Under the pieces are notes generated by a model that worked only from the letters and a program-made list of their open reading frames with translations, was not told where the DNA came from and did not search any database. The position numbers and the translations under genes were made by a program. Shown here one piece after another: positions 9,835-20,295 of a stretch of 64,000 nucleotides of DNA (positions are counted from its first letter, which is position 1; each line of letters begins with the position of its first letter). Source of the DNA: Promethearchaeota archaeon (lineage in GTDB: Archaea; Asgardarchaeota; Lokiarchaeia; Sigyniarchaeales; SOKP01); NCBI GenBank assembly GCA_048939995.1, contig JBHLOY010000009.1, forward strand, positions 1 to 64,000, given 5' to 3'.

Positions 9835-10944
9835 ATGGTAAATGAATCAACAATATATAATGAATTAAGAGAACATCTTGATTCTTTTCCTATAGGATTT
9901 CCATCCACTAAATCGGGTGTAGAGATGGAAATTTTGAGGTATTTCTTTACTCCTGAAGAAGCGAAGATTGCTGTCAAGTTAAAGTTTTCTTGGTCAAGGC
10001 AATTTGAACCCTTAGAGGAAATTTTTGAACGACTTAAAGATATAGGTCTCACTCTAAAACAATTAGAGATGCACTTAATTACAATGGCTAAGAAAGGGTT
10101 AGTACATTATAAGGAAGAAGGTGGAAAGATGTATTATGGTAACGCTCAACTTATGATTGGAATACATGAATACCAAGTAAATAGACTTAATAAAGATATT
10201 ACTAAGAAAATATATCAATACATGGGTGAAGGGTTTGGGTTAGAAGTATTTGGTACTAAAATTTCCCAGTTTCGGACGGTTCCAGTAGAAAAAAGTATCT
10301 CAGCTGAACATCATATCGCTAATTATGATGATTTAAAGACAATTATCGAAAAAGTAGAAGGGCCATTTGTAACTATAAATTGTGTTTGCCGTCAGGCTAT
10401 GGATCTTTTCGGTCAACCTTGTAAGGCTACAGATAGACGAGAAGTTTGTATGGGATTTGGTTCTATGGCCCAACGGTACATTGATCAAGGTTGGGGGCGC
10501 GAAATCTCACGAGAAGAAGCTCTTGAAATACAACGTAAAAATGAAGATGATGGATTAGTACTTCAAGTAGGAAATTCAATTAGACCTGAATTTATTTGTA
10601 GTTGTTGTGGATGCTGTTGCCCCGTACTAAAAGGTACAAAAACTTTTCCTAGACCAGTGAAATTCTTTTCTACTAACTTTTATGCTGAAGTCGACTCTGA
10701 TAGATGTTCTGGATGCGGAACTTGCTTAGATCGTTGCCAAATGGAAGCTATAAAATTAATTAATGATATTTCTAAGGTGAACAGAAAGAAATGCATCGGA
10801 TGTGGAAATTGTGTTCCAACCTGTCCTGAAAATGCTATGATTCTAAAAAAAAAAGACAAGGAACTTGACTTACCCGAAACTATGGATGATTTATACGATA
10901 GAATTTTAGAACGTAAATTGGAATTAAAATCAAAGAAGTATTAA
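9835..10944 (+). CDS. 4Fe-4S dicluster ferredoxin-domain protein
   Basis: CVCR, ICSCCGCCC and two CxxCxxCxxxC motifs. Confidence 0.9.
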   Translation: MVNESTIYNELREHLDSFPIGFPSTKSGVEMEILRYFFTPEEAKIAVKLKFSWSRQFEPLEEIFERLKDIGLTLKQLEMHLITMAKKGLVHYKEEGGKMYYGNAQLMIGIHEYQVNRLNKDITKKIYQYMGEGFGLEVFGTKISQFRTVPVEKSISAEHHIANYDDLKTIIEKVEGPFVTINCVCRQAMDLFGQPCKATDRREVCMGFGSMAQRYIDQGWGREISREEALEIQRKNEDDGLVLQVGNSIRPEFICSCCGCCCPVLKGTKTFPRPVKFFSTNFYAEVDSDRCSGCGTCLDRCQMEAIKLINDISKVNRKKCIGCGNCVPTCPENAMILKKKDKELDLPETMDDLYDRILERKLELKSKKY

Positions 10945-11336
10945 GTTAGTGCTCAGTGCTTCACTAAAGAAAATTAAGTGGGTTAATAATCATATTATAT
11001 TCCAGAATGAATGGAAGCATTCTCTTAGGTGGATTTTCTAATTTAATCCTACTAGATTTGGGAGGGGTAAATATAACCAATCCCATAGATACTAAGTATA
11101 CAGCTTACTATTAGTCTATTTTCATCAGCTATAGGAGCTACATTGAATTAAAGTCAATTGCTCTTTCAGACTTCAATAATCTAATTTTCTTTATTTTTTT
11201 AAGTTTGTATTGGAATAAAGTTTTAATAAGGTCTTATCATAATTACTTATTGGAAAGCAGTCTCATGATTGCGAAATTCTCTTAAAATGAGATGTAGATC
11301 AAAAATAATTTAAATTTAGATAGGAGGAATGAAATA

Positions 11337-11720
11337 TTGAAAGATTTAACGGTTATTGTTAAAAATGAACCGGGTTCATTAGCAGATATGGGAGAATCAT
11401 TAGGCAAAATGGGTATAAACATGATAGGTTTATGTGGATATCCTCAAAAAGATGAAGGCGTAATTCATATTCTAGTTGAAGATGATACTACAGCGCGCTG
11501 GGCACTGGAAGATGCTGGTTTCCAAGTGCGTGCAGTACGTGATGTATTAGTCGTAGATATAGGGAATATTGTGGGAAAACCAGGCACAGGAGGCAAAATG
11601 GCACGAAAGATAGGGAATGCTGGTGTCAATATTGACTTAATCTACTTTGCTGAAAACAATAGAATAATTATCGGAGTTGACAACTTGGAAAAAGCTCGGA
11701 ATGCTTTAGGAATTAAATAA
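11337..11720 (+). CDS. ACT domain pair protein
   Basis: NEPGSLA..GIN and KPG..AGVNIDLIY repeats; SD AGGAGG with TTG start. Confidence 0.9.
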   Translation: MKDLTVIVKNEPGSLADMGESLGKMGINMIGLCGYPQKDEGVIHILVEDDTTARWALEDAGFQVRAVRDVLVVDIGNIVGKPGTGGKMARKIGNAGVNIDLIYFAENNRIIIGVDNLEKARNALGIK

Positions 11721-11920
11721 TAAAGCTTTCTTAAAACTAATATCAATAAGATTTAAATTTAAGTAATAATTACGCTTAAATTAAAACTATATTTAACGTG
11801 CCTTGCCTAAGAATAAAATTAGAGTTAATCAACTCCTATATACAATGCCTGTGGCTCTAATAGGTGCAAATATAAGAAGTATTAATAAGGGTTAGATTTA
11901 AAAAATAAAAGATGATGTAA

Positions 11921-12289
11921 ATGGGAAGAATTGTTCATTTTGAATTGAATGTAAAGGATGTAGAAAAAGCAAAAAAGTTTTATGAGAAAGTATTTGATTG
12001 GGAAATTAAAAAGTGGGAAGGTCCCATTGATTATTGGCTTGTTATGACGGGGAAAGAAAGTGAACCGGGAATTGATGGTGGTCTCGGTTTTGCTGAAGAA
12101 GATTTTCCAAACATAGTAAATACCATTGATGTTGATGATGTTGATGTAGTCATCAAAAAGATTAAAAATAATGGTGGAAAAATAATACGCCCCAAACATG
12201 CAGTTCCTGGAGTGGGCTGGTTGGCATATTTTGAAGACCCTGAAGGAATTGTTACTGGAATAATGCAGGAGGATCCTAACGCAAAATAA
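11921..12289 (+). CDS. VOC/glyoxalase family protein
   Basis: HFEL..KAKKFY..VFDW and DPEG motifs. Confidence 0.92.
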   Translation: MGRIVHFELNVKDVEKAKKFYEKVFDWEIKKWEGPIDYWLVMTGKESEPGIDGGLGFAEEDFPNIVNTIDVDDVDVVIKKIKNNGGKIIRPKHAVPGVGWLAYFEDPEGIVTGIMQEDPNAK

Positions 12290-12308
12290 ATTCTCTCTAT
12301 TTTTTTTA

Positions 12309-13943
12309 TTATTGTAATTTTTCTTTTTCTTGTTGAACTAATTCACGTCGCAAGATTTTTCCCGAACCAGATTTGGGAATACTGTCTACAAATTCAACCT
12401 CCCGTATTTTCTTATACGCAGAAATCCTTTCAGCAACCCAATCCATAATATCTTGTTCGGAAACTTTCCCTTTAGATTCTGGTTTTAGAATGATAATAGC
12501 TTTCGGAATTTCACCCACATCTAATTCTTTGGATGGTTTACCTATTACCGCTGCATCAAATATATGAGGATTTTTAAACAATAAATCCTCAAGCTCTGCG
12601 GGTGCGATACTCCAACCTTTATACTTTATCATCTCTTTTATGCGATCAAGTAAATGTTCATAACCTTCGTCATCAATATACGCCATATCACCCGTTCTTA
12701 ACCATTTTTCATCTGATTGTGGGTCAATCCAAAACGCTCCTTCTGTAGCATCAGGTTTATTCCAATAACCTTTCATAACCTGAGGACCTTTAATCACCAA
12801 TTCACCAACCTGTCCGCTTTCGGATAATTCTTTACCAGTCTCGAGATCGATAATCTTATGAAATGTATCAGGAATTAAAGTCCCTTGGGATTCCATCTTG
12901 CGGCGATACATTGGATTTACTGCCACAACTGGAGAAGCTTCGGTTAGTCCCCAACCATGTTGAACTGTTACGTTCTTCGCATTACATTTTTCTTTTGCTA
13001 ATTCATCGAATCTTTCAAGAAGTTCAAGAGCTATGGGAGCTGCTCCGTTATTGAAGATTTTAAGGTTAGACCAATCATATCCTTTCACAATTTCATCTTC
13101 TAAATGACGAACTACTGCAAGAAATATGGGAGGGACACATAAACTATAAGTAACCTTATACTTTTCAATGAGTTCACAGAATTCCTTAACCTCAAATCGT
13201 GGAGTAATTACTTGCGCTGCGCCTAACCACACAGCCTGATTCATACATACACTTAAGCCATAGATATGGTAGAGCGGGAGTACTGCCATAGCAATGTCTA
13301 ATTCACTTAATTCAAAGATTTGGGATATTTGAAGTACGTTGGATACTAGATTATAGTGCGTTAGCATCGTTCCTTTTGGTAGCCCTGTTGTACCACTTGT
13401 ATAAACTAATGTAGCGAGATCTTCTTTAGGATTGAAGTTATAATTTGGGGGATTTGGTTTGGTTCTTTTCATTACGTCTGAGAATCCAATAGTTAAATCA
13501 GGTATTTTTAGATTTTTTTCTGATTCGAGAATAATTATATTGTTAAGTTTTGTTTTATCCTTAATTGCCGCCACATTAGAATAGAGTGGTTGAAAAACTA
13601 TTATAGTTTCTGCTCCAGAATCATTTAACTCGTATTCTACTTCAGTTTCTTTGAATAATGGATTCATTGGAACTAGAATACCGCCTGCTTTTTCTAATCC
13701 ATAAAAACATATTGCCCATTGGATTGAATTTGGAGCATATAAAGCAATTCGATCTCCTTTCTCCACTCCAAGGTTTTTTAAAACAGTTGCAAAAGTATCA
13801 ACTTGTCCTTTAAATTGTTTGAAAGTCATTTCTTCTGGATATAAGAAAGCTAATCGCTCTGGAAACCTTTCTGTTGTATCTTCTAATATTTCGTAAATTG
13901 GAATTTCTGGATAGTAAAGATGACCACGTTTAAATTTGACCAT
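12309..13943 (-). CDS. Long-chain fatty acid-CoA ligase (AMP-binding)
   Basis: YTSGTTGLPKG, GWGLTE, RTGD and PKSGSGKI motifs. Start moved to the ATG after SD GGTGA. Confidence 0.93.
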   Translation of the reverse strand: MVKFKRGHLYYPEIPIYEILEDTTERFPERLAFLYPEEMTFKQFKGQVDTFATVLKNLGVEKGDRIALYAPNSIQWAICFYGLEKAGGILVPMNPLFKETEVEYELNDSGAETIIVFQPLYSNVAAIKDKTKLNNIIILESEKNLKIPDLTIGFSDVMKRTKPNPPNYNFNPKEDLATLVYTSGTTGLPKGTMLTHYNLVSNVLQISQIFELSELDIAMAVLPLYHIYGLSVCMNQAVWLGAAQVITPRFEVKEFCELIEKYKVTYSLCVPPIFLAVVRHLEDEIVKGYDWSNLKIFNNGAAPIALELLERFDELAKEKCNAKNVTVQHGWGLTEASPVVAVNPMYRRKMESQGTLIPDTFHKIIDLETGKELSESGQVGELVIKGPQVMKGYWNKPDATEGAFWIDPQSDEKWLRTGDMAYIDDEGYEHLLDRIKEMIKYKGWSIAPAELEDLLFKNPHIFDAAVIGKPSKELDVGEIPKAIIILKPESKGKVSEQDIMDWVAERISAYKKIREVEFVDSIPKSGSGKILRRELVQQEKEKLQ

Positions 13944-14162
13944 ATTTTCACCTTTTTTAATCAATAATTTAAAGTATATGTGAAATCTCTATTAATAAGT
14001 TTCGCCCATAACTATTAACTTTTTTGAGGTAAAAATCAACCCATTGAAGATTTTTTTATATTTGTCGTGTATCTAAAATAATTTATAATATATTTTTTGA
14101 AGATCATTATAAATCGTAAATCCAACTAATTTAAGTGTAGATTAGTATAACGTTACTATATT

Positions 14163-14288
14163 ATGGAAGAAGAAAGACTATTAAAAAAAAATTTTGAAGC
14201 ATCTATGGGATTTAGTAAATGTTTTGATGAAAAATCAAATAAAGAAAGTAGATTTCTAGATATGGAGAAAATTGCGAAGAAATTGTAA
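14163..14288 (+). CDS. Possible 41-aa hypothetical peptide
   Basis: MEEERLLKKNFEASMGFSKCFDEKSNKESRFLDMEKIAKKL, directly upstream of the SRPBCC gene; no recognisable motif. Confidence 0.3.
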   Translation: MEEERLLKKNFEASMGFSKCFDEKSNKESRFLDMEKIAKKL

Positions 14289-14313
14289 ATATAATAAAAT
14301 AGAGGTTAAGTAA

Positions 14314-14715
14314 ATGAAAGAAAAAAACATAATTCAAGAAGAAATAATAATTAAAAGTTCTCCTCATGAAATCTATGAGGTTTTTATGGATTCAAAAAAA
14401 CATTCAAGGTTAACAGAAAGCAAAGCGAAAGTTAATCGTGAAATTGGTGGAAGCTTTTCTATCTATGAAGGTACTATAACAGGGAAAAATATTGAATTAA
14501 TAAAAGATAAGAAGATTGTACAAACATGGCGTAGTGAGGATGAGAACTGGCCAAAAGGTTATTATTCTACTATTACAATAATCCTTGAGCCGGTTGACAA
14601 TGGAACGCTAATTAAATTCAAACAAATTGATATTCCTGAATCATCTTGTGAATCCCTAAAAGAAGGATGGGATTTATTTTATTGGGAGCCACTTAAAAGT
14701 ATGTTAGAAAAATGA
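14314..14715 (+). CDS. SRPBCC / AHA1 C-terminal-like domain protein
   Basis: GGSFSIYEG.ITG, KIVQTWR and GW..FYWEPL motifs. Confidence 0.9.
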   Translation: MKEKNIIQEEIIIKSSPHEIYEVFMDSKKHSRLTESKAKVNREIGGSFSIYEGTITGKNIELIKDKKIVQTWRSEDENWPKGYYSTITIILEPVDNGTLIKFKQIDIPESSCESLKEGWDLFYWEPLKSMLEK

Positions 14716-14833
14716 AACACTTCCGAGAATTTTGGTATTAATAATTATTGAATGAACTATACTAAAATTCTTAATTAAACAAAGATTTTTATTTATAATT
14801 TTGGGGATTCAAGTTATAAATTAAATCAAGTTT

Positions 14834-15901
14834 GTGAAAATTATTAGTTCTGAAAAACCTCAAATGGGATGGGTGTGTTCATATACTCCTTTAGAATTAA
14901 TATATGCGGCAGGATTTCTTCCTTATCGGATAGTAGGTCATTCAAATCCAGTAATAGATGCTGATGCATATATCCATACGAATTTTTGTCAATTCGTAAG
15001 ATCTACAGTTGATAATGCGATTGAAGGAAAGTATGATTTTCTTGAAGGTGTAGTGTTTGTCAATTCTTGCGATGCTATGAGAAGGCTTCATGACCTTTGG
15101 AAAAATTATATTCCTTCTAAATTTATCTATATTTTAGATATTCCTATGGGTTATTCATTATTAGGTTCAGATTATATCCGGGAGGAATTTGAAAAATTAA
15201 AAGTTGCATTAGAAAATTATAATTCAAAAACTATTCAAGATAAGGCCATTGAAGAATCAATAGATATTTATATGGAATCACGTTCTTTATTCCATAGACT
15301 TAATTCTTTGAGGTTGGAAAATCCACCTCTTATAAAGGCAAGTGAAATCATTAGTGTTATATCACACTATTTCGAGTCAGACCCTAAAGTATGGAACAAA
15401 GATGTAAAGAAAATGTTATTAGAAGGATGGGAGGCTTCATGCTCTCCACAAAATATAAAACCTAGAGTAATTCTTTCTGGAAGTCCTATTCATGATAGTA
15501 ATTTCATATCTTTTATTGAGGAGTGTAATTTGGATGTTGTATATGAGGATTTGTGTTCTGGAAGCAAATTTTTTGATGTAAAAGTAAATAAAGGCAAAGA
15601 TTTAATTAAATCATTGAGTGAAGCTTACTTAAATAGAGTGCCTTGTGCTCGGATGATGAAAATAGAAGAACGAGCGAAGAATCTAATGACAATATCAAAG
15701 CAAAGTAAGGTAAATGGAATTATTCATCATTCCTTGAAATTTTGTGATACATATTTATATGATGTACCAAAACTAAAAGAACTTTTAATGGAAAATGGTT
15801 TAAATGTCTTATTTATAGAAAGTGATGGGACATTGGGAAGCATTAATCAATTAAAGACCAGAATCGAGGCATTTTCAGAAATGCTGAAAAGGGGGATGTA
15901 A
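14834..15901 (+). CDS. 2-hydroxyacyl-CoA dehydratase subunit (HGD-D family)
   Basis: CSYTPLELI.AAG, CDAMRR, KFCD and TRIEAF motifs. Confidence 0.9.
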   Translation: MKIISSEKPQMGWVCSYTPLELIYAAGFLPYRIVGHSNPVIDADAYIHTNFCQFVRSTVDNAIEGKYDFLEGVVFVNSCDAMRRLHDLWKNYIPSKFIYILDIPMGYSLLGSDYIREEFEKLKVALENYNSKTIQDKAIEESIDIYMESRSLFHRLNSLRLENPPLIKASEIISVISHYFESDPKVWNKDVKKMLLEGWEASCSPQNIKPRVILSGSPIHDSNFISFIEECNLDVVYEDLCSGSKFFDVKVNKGKDLIKSLSEAYLNRVPCARMMKIEERAKNLMTISKQSKVNGIIHHSLKFCDTYLYDVPKLKELLMENGLNVLFIESDGTLGSINQLKTRIEAFSEMLKRGM

Positions 15902-15903
15902 AA

Positions 15904-17124
15904 ATGGTAGATAATAGTATGTTAAAACAATACTTTTTTCAATTAGAGGCAACTCTTAAAAAGAAGATAGACTCCAAATTGACTGCTCGTAGGAAATTCG
16001 TTTACGAAATAGCACGTATTGGTTCTCGTATTTTCGATGATAATTGGTCAATTGGGTGGACAACGGTATTTGTTCCATATGAAATTTTAAATTCTATGAA
16101 TGTGTCAGGAATGTTTGTAGAATTTTTTGGAGCAATGCTTTCTGGCGCGGGGTTATCTCAAAAATTTTTTGAAATAGCCGAAAGTAAAGGATATTCAACA
16201 GATAGTTGCTCATATCACAGAACTATAATCGGAGCTGCAATGGATGGTCTACTTCCTGAGCCGGATGTTCTTATAGGAGCGAGTATCCCATGTAATGGAG
16301 GAGTTAAAGCATTAAAGCGTATAGGTGAAATCTTTAATAAAGAGGTTTTTATTCTTAATATTCCTATTGAGGTAACCTCGAAATCAGTTGATTATTTAGC
16401 AGAAGAATATAACCAAATGATTGATTATATTGAAGAAAATACGGGACGTAAGTTAGATTATCAGAAGCTTAAAAAAGCAATAGAGTATAATAATCAAGCA
16501 AGAGATTATCTTATAGAAGTAAACAATCTCTGCAAAAATGTTCCTAGTCCTTCAAATTCTAACGATTTAAAAAATTTCATTATGTTTGTTCTACTTTTAG
16601 GAACTAAGGAAGGAATCGAAGTAGCAAAACTTTATCGGGATGAATTTCAAGGTAGAATTAATAACAATTTAATTGGGTTATCAAAAGAAAAATATCGATT
16701 ACTCTGGATTCAGAACAGAATCCAGTTTAAGACAGACCTTCTAGATATACTGGAAGAAAAATATGGAGCTAATGTTGTAATTGATGAATTGAATCATATT
16801 TGGTGGGATCCGCTAGATGAAAGTGACCCTTTGCGGAGTATTGCCTATCGTATGATCACTCATCCTCTGGTTGGACCTGTGGAGCGTCGTCTTAAAGTAT
16901 TGACACAGTTGGCAAAGGAGTTCAAAGTAAATGGGGCAATAAACCCTGCTCATTGGGGTTGTCGTCAATCAGCAGGAGCAAGGGCGTTATTTAAGGAGGC
17001 ATTGCAAAAGGTAGGTGTTCCACTGATACATCTGGATGTTGATTGTGTTGATGAGAGAAATTATTCACATGGTCAAATATTAACCCGCCTTGAAGCCTTT
17101 ATGGAAATGTTAACAGCAGATTGA
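15904..17124 (+). CDS. 2-hydroxyacyl-CoA dehydratase subunit (HGD-D family)
   Basis: DSCSYH, PCNG, HWGCRQ and DCVD..TRLEAF motifs; 2 nt from the partner gene. Confidence 0.9.
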   Translation: MVDNSMLKQYFFQLEATLKKKIDSKLTARRKFVYEIARIGSRIFDDNWSIGWTTVFVPYEILNSMNVSGMFVEFFGAMLSGAGLSQKFFEIAESKGYSTDSCSYHRTIIGAAMDGLLPEPDVLIGASIPCNGGVKALKRIGEIFNKEVFILNIPIEVTSKSVDYLAEEYNQMIDYIEENTGRKLDYQKLKKAIEYNNQARDYLIEVNNLCKNVPSPSNSNDLKNFIMFVLLLGTKEGIEVAKLYRDEFQGRINNNLIGLSKEKYRLLWIQNRIQFKTDLLDILEEKYGANVVIDELNHIWWDPLDESDPLRSIAYRMITHPLVGPVERRLKVLTQLAKEFKVNGAINPAHWGCRQSAGARALFKEALQKVGVPLIHLDVDCVDERNYSHGQILTRLEAFMEMLTAD

Positions 17125-17145
17125 AGATTGTAACAACTACTTAAT

Positions 17146-17544
17146 TCATTCAGTAAGCCTTGGTTCTGACACTATTTGAACTCTATTCCCTTCTGAATCT
17201 GTCATATTGAAGTAAGAGACCATATTTGGAATATCAGTTATATCAGTAGTTGCAATACCTTTATCTTCTAAATATTTCTTGGTTTGCTCTAGATTTTTTA
17301 CTGAAATAGTAAATGTACCTGAATCCGAGGTGACTTTATCATCTTCAGCTACAGTATTTAATCCTAGTCGCGGAGTCCCACCTGGTAGATCAAATTCACA
17401 CCATCCAACCTCAGGAGACATATACCAAGAGATATTAAAATTGAATGTATCCTCGTAAAACTTTTTAGCTCTTTCAATATCAGCTACTTTAATCTGAAAG
17501 TACATTCTTTCAAATAAAATAGGATTTTTCTTTTTTTTAGCCAT
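17146..17544 (-). CDS. VOC/glyoxalase family protein
   Basis: VADIERAKKFY and DSEGN motifs. Confidence 0.9.
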   Translation of the reverse strand: MAKKKKNPILFERMYFQIKVADIERAKKFYEDTFNFNISWYMSPEVGWCEFDLPGGTPRLGLNTVAEDDKVTSDSGTFTISVKNLEQTKKYLEDKGIATTDITDIPNMVSYFNMTDSEGNRVQIVSEPRLTE

Positions 17545-17660
17545 AACTTATCTTAAATTTCATTATTTTATAAGGATTCGCAAAAAAATTAAGGGTTAAG
17601 GTAATTCTACTTTTATTTTATTAAATTAAAACTTATAAGGCGCTTTTAATCTATTTCTAT

Positions 17661-18398
17661 ATGGATAACAATTTAGATGCTTTTGGAGATAATTTTCAAC
17701 AAAAATCAAAATATATTCGCAATAAGTTGCCCCAACATCGATTAGATTGGTCAAATAAACCAGAGACTTATAAAACGTATCCAGCTGCGATAAAAACTGT
17801 AAAATTGCCTAAACCGGAATTTGACAAAAATATAAGCTTCTGGGATGTTATTTTAAATCGGAAGTCTGTTCGAAAGTTTTCGAATAATCCTATTACACCC
17901 TCTGAAATTAGTCTTCTATTATTTGGAATGTCAGGTCTAACTCGTATTTTTCCCCAATTTGCTTTTAGAACAGTACCTTCAGCAGGAGGTTTATATCCTA
18001 TCGAGACATATCCAGTAATCAATAATGTTGAAGGGATAGAAAGAGGGATTTATCACTATAATATCTCAAAACACAGCCTTGAATTATTGAAGAGAGGGGA
18101 CTTTCGTTCAGATATAGCAAAAGGGTGTTTAGATCAACAAATGGCGTTCAATTCCGCTGTAAATTTTGTATGGACATCTATTATTGAACGCTCTAAATGG
18201 AAATATCTTCAGAGATGTTATCGCTATGTGTATATGGATGCAGGTCATATTGGACAGAACTTTTATTTGGTCGCTGAAGCATTAGGGTTAGGAGCTTGCG
18301 TAATTGGCGCAATTTTTGATGATGAGATTAATAATTCAATTGGAATTGATGGAATTAATGAAACAGCAATCTATGTAGGTGTTCTAGGTAAATATTAA
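17661..18398 (+). CDS. SagB/ThcOx-family nitroreductase
   Basis: RKSVRKF, RTVPSAGGLYP and DAGHIGQN motifs. Confidence 0.92.
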   Translation: MDNNLDAFGDNFQQKSKYIRNKLPQHRLDWSNKPETYKTYPAAIKTVKLPKPEFDKNISFWDVILNRKSVRKFSNNPITPSEISLLLFGMSGLTRIFPQFAFRTVPSAGGLYPIETYPVINNVEGIERGIYHYNISKHSLELLKRGDFRSDIAKGCLDQQMAFNSAVNFVWTSIIERSKWKYLQRCYRYVYMDAGHIGQNFYLVAEALGLGACVIGAIFDDEINNSIGIDGINETAIYVGVLGKY

Positions 18399-18406
18399 AA
18401 AAAAAA

Positions 18407-18781
18407 TTAGATAAAGCTCAAAATCCCTAGAATTAGAGCAATTAGGGCAAATACATAGATAACGCGACTAGTCCAAATATGTGCTTTTCGTAGATTTTTA
18501 TTTTTCAAGTTCCGAGCGACAATACCTACTACTACCGCATACACCAAGAAAATTATCGCAAGTAAGCCCACTATTCCATGTGGGATCGTCAATATGAGTG
18601 TACCTAGAAGAATAATCCCAATTATTGCTAATATGGTTCCACCAATCGCAGTTATCCAATGTAGTAAGAACCACTTTTTCGGTTTATGGAAATTAACGAA
18701 AAATAATGAAAGAGAAAGTAAGATGATGCCTATCAAAATGAAGATAAAATGAGGGAATAGAAATAGATCAACTATTGACAT
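18407..18781 (-). CDS. Stand-alone four-helix cytochrome b561-like protein
   Basis: Four TM helices, each with one His (FPHF, LLHW, IPHG, KAHI), matching the di-heme b561 core. Confidence 0.7.
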   Translation of the reverse strand: MSIVDLFLFPHFIFILIGIILLSLSLFFVNFHKPKKWFLLHWITAIGGTILAIIGIILLGTLILTIPHGIVGLLAIIFLVYAVVVGIVARNLKNKNLRKAHIWTSRVIYVFALIALILGILSFI

Positions 18782-18790
18782 ATTATACTT

Positions 18791-19267
18791 TCACTTTTTT
18801 CTCTTAGATATGAATATGGTAATTAGAATTATTGAAATAGACGTTGGGATTAAGAACCCAATAAAACCTGGGATTATTTCATTGGTTGTGGTGGTACCAG
18901 CTGTAACTGTCAATGACTGCTCACGAAAACCAGAAATACTGCACTCTGCCCTCACAAAGATTATTGCTCCAATGTTAGCAGTTACATTATATATATAAGT
19001 AAACATAGAAGGATTTGGTTGACTAGTGTATACATGAGTATCTACAATGCTTCCATTCACCATTATAATTACTGTTTCTATATAATGAGATGGATCACTG
19101 CCCACATTATGTGTAATTGTTACGCTAAGTTCGTTTGTATTTGTAGAATAAGTTAGGCTCATGTTAGAAGGTGTATGTGCTCTGACAATCGAACCGGCAT
19201 ATATTATGCAAATAAGGGAAAATAAACAGAGACTTAGATATATACTTTTTTTTGACATTCGCATCAA
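18791..19267 (-). CDS. Exported, C-terminally anchored desulfoferrodoxin/SOR-like beta-sandwich protein
   Basis: Signal peptide ..VRA|HTP; H..HYI and AECSISG motifs; Thr linker; IPG + TM + KRKK anchor (Loki-CTERM-like). Confidence 0.65.
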   Translation of the reverse strand: MMRMSKKSIYLSLCLFSLICIIYAGSIVRAHTPSNMSLTYSTNTNELSVTITHNVGSDPSHYIETVIIMVNGSIVDTHVYTSQPNPSMFTYIYNVTANIGAIIFVRAECSISGFREQSLTVTAGTTTTNEIIPGFIGFLIPTSISIILITIFISKRKK

Positions 19268-19435
19268 TTTTAGTTTTTTAAAGATTTGATAGAAGTTGAT
19301 TGGTTTTATCTGATATTTAATTTTATTCCTTTTGAATAATAATATTACAAACTTTAAATTAACTTCAGAACTCTAAACTATAAATGAGCTAGACTCTTTT
19401 ATTTATACATTATCAAGAATTAAATTTGAGTAATT

Positions 19436-20227
19436 ATGGAGACCTCGATATATTTTTTTACTGGAACAGGTAATTCACTAAAAATAGCTAAACTACTCTC
19501 AGAGGAGTTAGGGAATTGTGAACTTATTCCCATTGCAAAAGTATGGCAAATAGAAAAAGTTAGCTCAATTAGTAGAAATATTGGGTTTGTATTTCCACTT
19601 TATTATTTCGGTTTACCAAAAATTGTTTATGAATTTATAGAAAAATTAATTCCTGATAAATCAGATTATTTTTTTGCAGTTGTGACTAGTGCTGAAGATA
19701 AAAATGAATTACCCTTCCAACAAATAAACAATATTCTCAAATTGAAAGGTAAAAAGCTCAGTTCTGGTTTTACTATTAATATGCCAAATAATTATATTAT
19801 GGGATATGATGTCTCGTCAGAAACACATAAAAAGAAAGTGTTTGATGATATACCTTACCAAATTCAATCCTTTATTGAAATCGTTAAGGAAAAGAATGAA
19901 AACTTAGTTAAGGAGTCCTTTGAGAAAGAAAAAGAAAGAGAGAAAAAGGTTAACAGTTCATTCCATACCGAAGTCAATGAAATGGATAAATCATTTTATA
20001 CTACTGATAATTGTAATAGTTGTGGGATATGTGAAAAGGTATGTCCTGTAAATAATATAAAACTTATTAATGAAAAGCCAAAATGGCATCATAAATGCCA
20101 ACTTTGCTTAGCTTGTATGCATTTTTGCCCAGAAGTAGCAATCCAATTTGGAAGTGATACATTAGAAGCGGGGAGATATCATCATCCTGAAATTTCAATT
20201 CAAGAAATAATTAATCAAAAATTGTAG
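19436..20227 (+). CDS. EFR1-family flavodoxin-ferredoxin fusion
   Basis: FTGTGNSL, FPLY, MPNNY and two 4Fe-4S motifs. Confidence 0.92.
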   Translation: METSIYFFTGTGNSLKIAKLLSEELGNCELIPIAKVWQIEKVSSISRNIGFVFPLYYFGLPKIVYEFIEKLIPDKSDYFFAVVTSAEDKNELPFQQINNILKLKGKKLSSGFTINMPNNYIMGYDVSSETHKKKVFDDIPYQIQSFIEIVKEKNENLVKESFEKEKEREKKVNSSFHTEVNEMDKSFYTTDNCNSCGICEKVCPVNNIKLINEKPKWHHKCQLCLACMHFCPEVAIQFGSDTLEAGRYHHPEISIQEIINQKL

Positions 20228-20295
20228 TAATTTACTTATTCTATTTATAGTTTGAAATCACAATTTATTTATGGTTTTAATTATTTAGATCCATA

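Noticed and set aside
10945-11200. Possible gene remnants here and at 11760-11900, 26560-26880 and 38870-39120
   Set aside because: Only short open stretches with no recognisable motif; cannot be supported as genes or RNAs.
11255-11300. TCTCATGA...ATGAGA stem resembling a eukaryote-like SECIS
   Set aside because: The helices are weak, and no upstream gene has an in-frame TGA at a Cys-like position.
17661-18398. SagB/ThcOx gene as a RiPP biosynthetic cluster
   Set aside because: No YcaO, precursor peptide or dedicated transporter nearby; stand-alone SagB-like nitroreductases are common in archaea.
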